Made by a program: the position numbers and the translations under genes. A stretch of DNA of 64,000 nucleotides from Asterias rubens (taxonomy: Eukaryota). The DNA is taken from the NCBI RefSeq assembly GCF_902459465.1, contig NC_047076.1, positions 1,054,001 through 1,118,000 of the forward strand, read 5' to 3'. The notes under the pieces were generated by a model. That model did not search any database. It was not told where the DNA came from and saw only the letters and a list, made by a program, of their open reading frames with translations. Below are positions 61,173-64,000 of the stretch, piece by piece (the stretch's first letter is position 1; each line of letters begins with the position of its first letter).

Positions 61173-63974
61173 TTAAAAAAAACCACCATGCTTCTCTGAT
61201 AGGTGATCGTAGCACATTTTGCTTCTATCAAAGAATTCCAGGCAATGCCAACAGATGTGCTTCTTACATTCACGACACTTTATGTGAAAACATCCTCCAT
61301 TTTTCTCGATAGGGATTCCACAGTTTGGTACTGGACACCTCTTGACATCTTTTCTTTTAATCCATTTCTCAAATGCCAAGTCGTCAAAGTTCTTGCCGGA
61401 AGCCTGCAAGAGGAAAAAAGTGGCACGGGCATAAAAACACAAACACACACCCGAAACGCAAACACTGTTGCACACACAGCTGTGGGGACGAAATGTTTAG
61501 GCTTTGCGTGTTTTGTACTTTCAAATTTTACCGACTTAAATTAAATTTCTTTTAAAGATTTTGCTTTTTTTTTTTCTATAAATATTTTTTTAATATTTCA
61601 GCTAGTGTTTTACAATTTTCTTTCCTGAAGGTACCAAGTTGACGGAGAAAAACCTCGTGTGGACCATTGATCCATTGTGTAAATGTCCCCACAGCTAAGT
61701 ATATGCCATAGCCATACATGTAGCTGCAGCTGCTAAAGTATTTGTTGATCAAATTATCACAAATACAGTTGAGCGGACTCGACACTGCTGAATATTTTAT
61801 GAAGGATTTGGGCACTTTTTGTAGCACAAAACATAATGTCCACAGATTTACGCTAAACTTACACGGTTTGAAGATAATGATGGAAGAAAGCATACCTTAA
61901 AATATTACCTGCTGAGGTGCTGCATTTTTGGGGGAAATGAGTAAAAAAGTGTCACAAAAATACATTATACATGCTAAAATAATTTTCATCTCCTGAGACA
62001 AAAACTATTTTTTTTGACTTGTTTGATGTAAATCTGTGGACATTGTGTTTTGTGTCTTACAAAAAGTACCCGACTCTTTAATCAGAAACATATTATACAA
62101 GTGTTTGTTTCATTTCATTTTGTGTTTTTAGTTTTGGAGGAGCCAGTTCTCAATTCTTAAGCATGGCAGGTACACCTCTGTGTGAAATACAAAATATGTA
62201 CACATTCAATATTTTTTCACGGCATTGATCTGAAACAACGACTCTTGCTTGCTCGTTTTTTCTCCTGCCTTTGATACTGGTCTTGTTAATGTTTAGTTTA
62301 ACTCAACCACATTATTTTGTTTCCAGAAGTCATCTGTCGCTACCGTTACCTTAAACTCCACGCATGTATATCCCATATGAGGTTCTGAACCACACGAAGA
62401 ACACAAACGGTTCCGACACTCCGGACATAAGAAGACCCCGGCATCCTTTGTCGTCTTATAGATCATGTGACAATCAGGTGTTGGGCAAAACTTCAGTTTT
62501 CCCTCGCTCTTCTGGGTGACATGTGACTCCAGGGCCAGATCGAACAAGCGTCGTCTCTTTGTTTCATCGCTGCAGAGAACACGGAAATCGCAGAGCAACA
62601 TTGGGAGGCCACATCCTTCGCATGGACACTCTGAAGTTTAAAACATAGTCAGTAAGAAATACCATTCATCTTTCTTGTCTACCAATTACTGGACAGAGGG
62701 TAGCTTCTCATTTGTCCACAATGTGATTTGAATTGTCATTGAGCTCGGCGAGATATTAATAATAATAATAATTATCAAATAATAAACCACAAGGGAAACT
62801 GACTGGGTACATTTTTTAAACGATAATAATTATATAAATTTATACCACGCTTTATGCTACGTTTCTAAGCGCATGGTGCTGGTGTCCTTGAAGACTATAG
62901 TAAACCAGGGCAACAGCACCAAATATAAAGAACATTATATTAATACTAGGTTATAGCACTTTATCCCACCCTAGGAGTGTATCAAAGCGTTCAGTATTTT
63001 TTCCTGCAAAGTATGTGGAGCTACATTTTGAAGTATGAGACCTTTTCCTTTAAAGCACCATGTAATTGTTTACAGGGTGCTGTGGTGCAATATGAGGAAC
63101 CCCTTCTCTTTAGGATAAGGGTTCTGGGTTCTTATACAAGCATTACTCAACACACGACACCAACGGCTTTAAGTCCTGTCCCTCTGTCTGTCCCTCTGTT
63201 ACAGCACTGTTGATGGTTGTTTGAGGATATGACACTTAGCTTTGACTCAAACAAAATGTCATGAACCAAATAATTATCGTTAAGATATTGTGTTTTACCA
63301 ATGGGGTAATCCTTGCTAGCGTTCTGTAACCTGACGGTAAACATCTCATGAAGGCATTGAAGATGGAACCCATGGGAGCAAGCACTCAGACGATACACCT
63401 CCTCAGTGGCTTCCACTGCTGTGTAACAAATGCCGCATTCCACTTCAGTGGTTGCATCATCTCCTCCAACTCTGAAATAAAAGGAAAACAATGTTGATGT
63501 TCTGCAAGGGTTTTCATGTCTGTTATTAAAAGCACTGCAGCCGATTTCACGAAACGTTAGGATTAATCCTATCTCAAGTTAGAACAAGTAACCCGTCCTA
63601 ACATAGGATGGGTTCAATGCGTCCTAACGTCTTCAGATACAGAACTTAACTCATCCTAATGTCCTAAGATTAATCCTAATGTTAGGAAGAGTTTGCTGAA
63701 ATCGACGGCTGGAGAAATTTTGGCTCAATCAGTAATCGAAGTTGCAAGAAAACTCTTTGCACAAACTTGTGTACTTCTACAAGGATGTGTGCGCTAAATA
63801 AGAACCAATGATTATCTTTCCTCACCTGATGGCAGCTTGTTGTCCAGCCTCTTGGAGGCAGTTTCTCACCATCTTATGGGCGTTATCAAAGACGTTCTGA
63901 TCGCCCTCTATGAGAAGGTTACCTTGGCGCATGTTCAGTGTTATTGCTTCGGCTCCAGTTTCTTCAACAAGTTT
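61173..63974 (-). CDS. DEAH helicase-RBR E3 ligase, copy 2, last four exons (5' part beyond the window)
   Basis: Exons 63974-63826, 63471-63299 (RING1), 62630-62350 (IBR) and 61403-61173 (RING2, CPVPNC...EKNGGCFHIKC). Open frames, intact GT-AG sites and the same phases as copy 1. Confidence 0.9.
61805..62080. mobile_element. MITE family F copy, present only in unit 2
   Basis: CAAAACATAATGTCCACAGATTTA / TAAATCTGTGGACATTGTGTTTTG; related to 9575-9990. Confidence 0.7.
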
Positions 63975-64000
63975 CTGTCAAAAAGGAAAAAAAAAGAGAA

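Larger units (their letters stand above)
57656..64000. repeat. Tandem segmental duplication, unit 2 (continues beyond the window)
   Basis: Colinear homology to ~34203-41470, covering exons, introns and shared repeats. Confidence 0.9.

Overview
AT-rich, intron-containing animal genomic DNA. It looks like an invertebrate deuterostome, probably an echinoderm; this is inferred from gene content and repeat style and was not verified. All exon models were read by hand and checked for GT-AG sites and phase. From left to right: (1) the last three exons of a PNKD/glyoxalase-II-like gene (+). (2) Two tandem, intact, 4-exon CYP4-clan P450 genes (-). (3) Two tandem C1GALT1-like GT31 galactosyltransferase genes (-). 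(4) A complete 15-exon DDX23/PRP28 gene (+), with a 137-N gap in intron 9. (5) A gene for a ~2,740-aa multi-RRM, RG-repeat, DEAH helicase, RBR E3 ligase fusion resembling plant DEAH11/12 (-). (6) A frameshifted MLH1 fragment, exons 1-4 only (+). (7) The start of a second copy of a ~23-kb tandem duplication unit. It contains an orphan DDX23 last exon with a broken motif VI, then the 3' exons of a second helicase-RBR gene. The main signal is this duplicated helicase-ubiquitin-ligase locus. Its bystander fragments have decayed, while the two ligase copies are nearly identical in RING1 (1 nt difference) but only ~64% identical in the catalytic RING2 exon. The rest is dense with TTAA-flanked MITEs, Harbinger-like MITEs, tRNA-derived repeats, L2/CR1 LINE remnants and multi-hairpin elements. 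No rRNA, CRISPR array or confidently functional tRNA was found.
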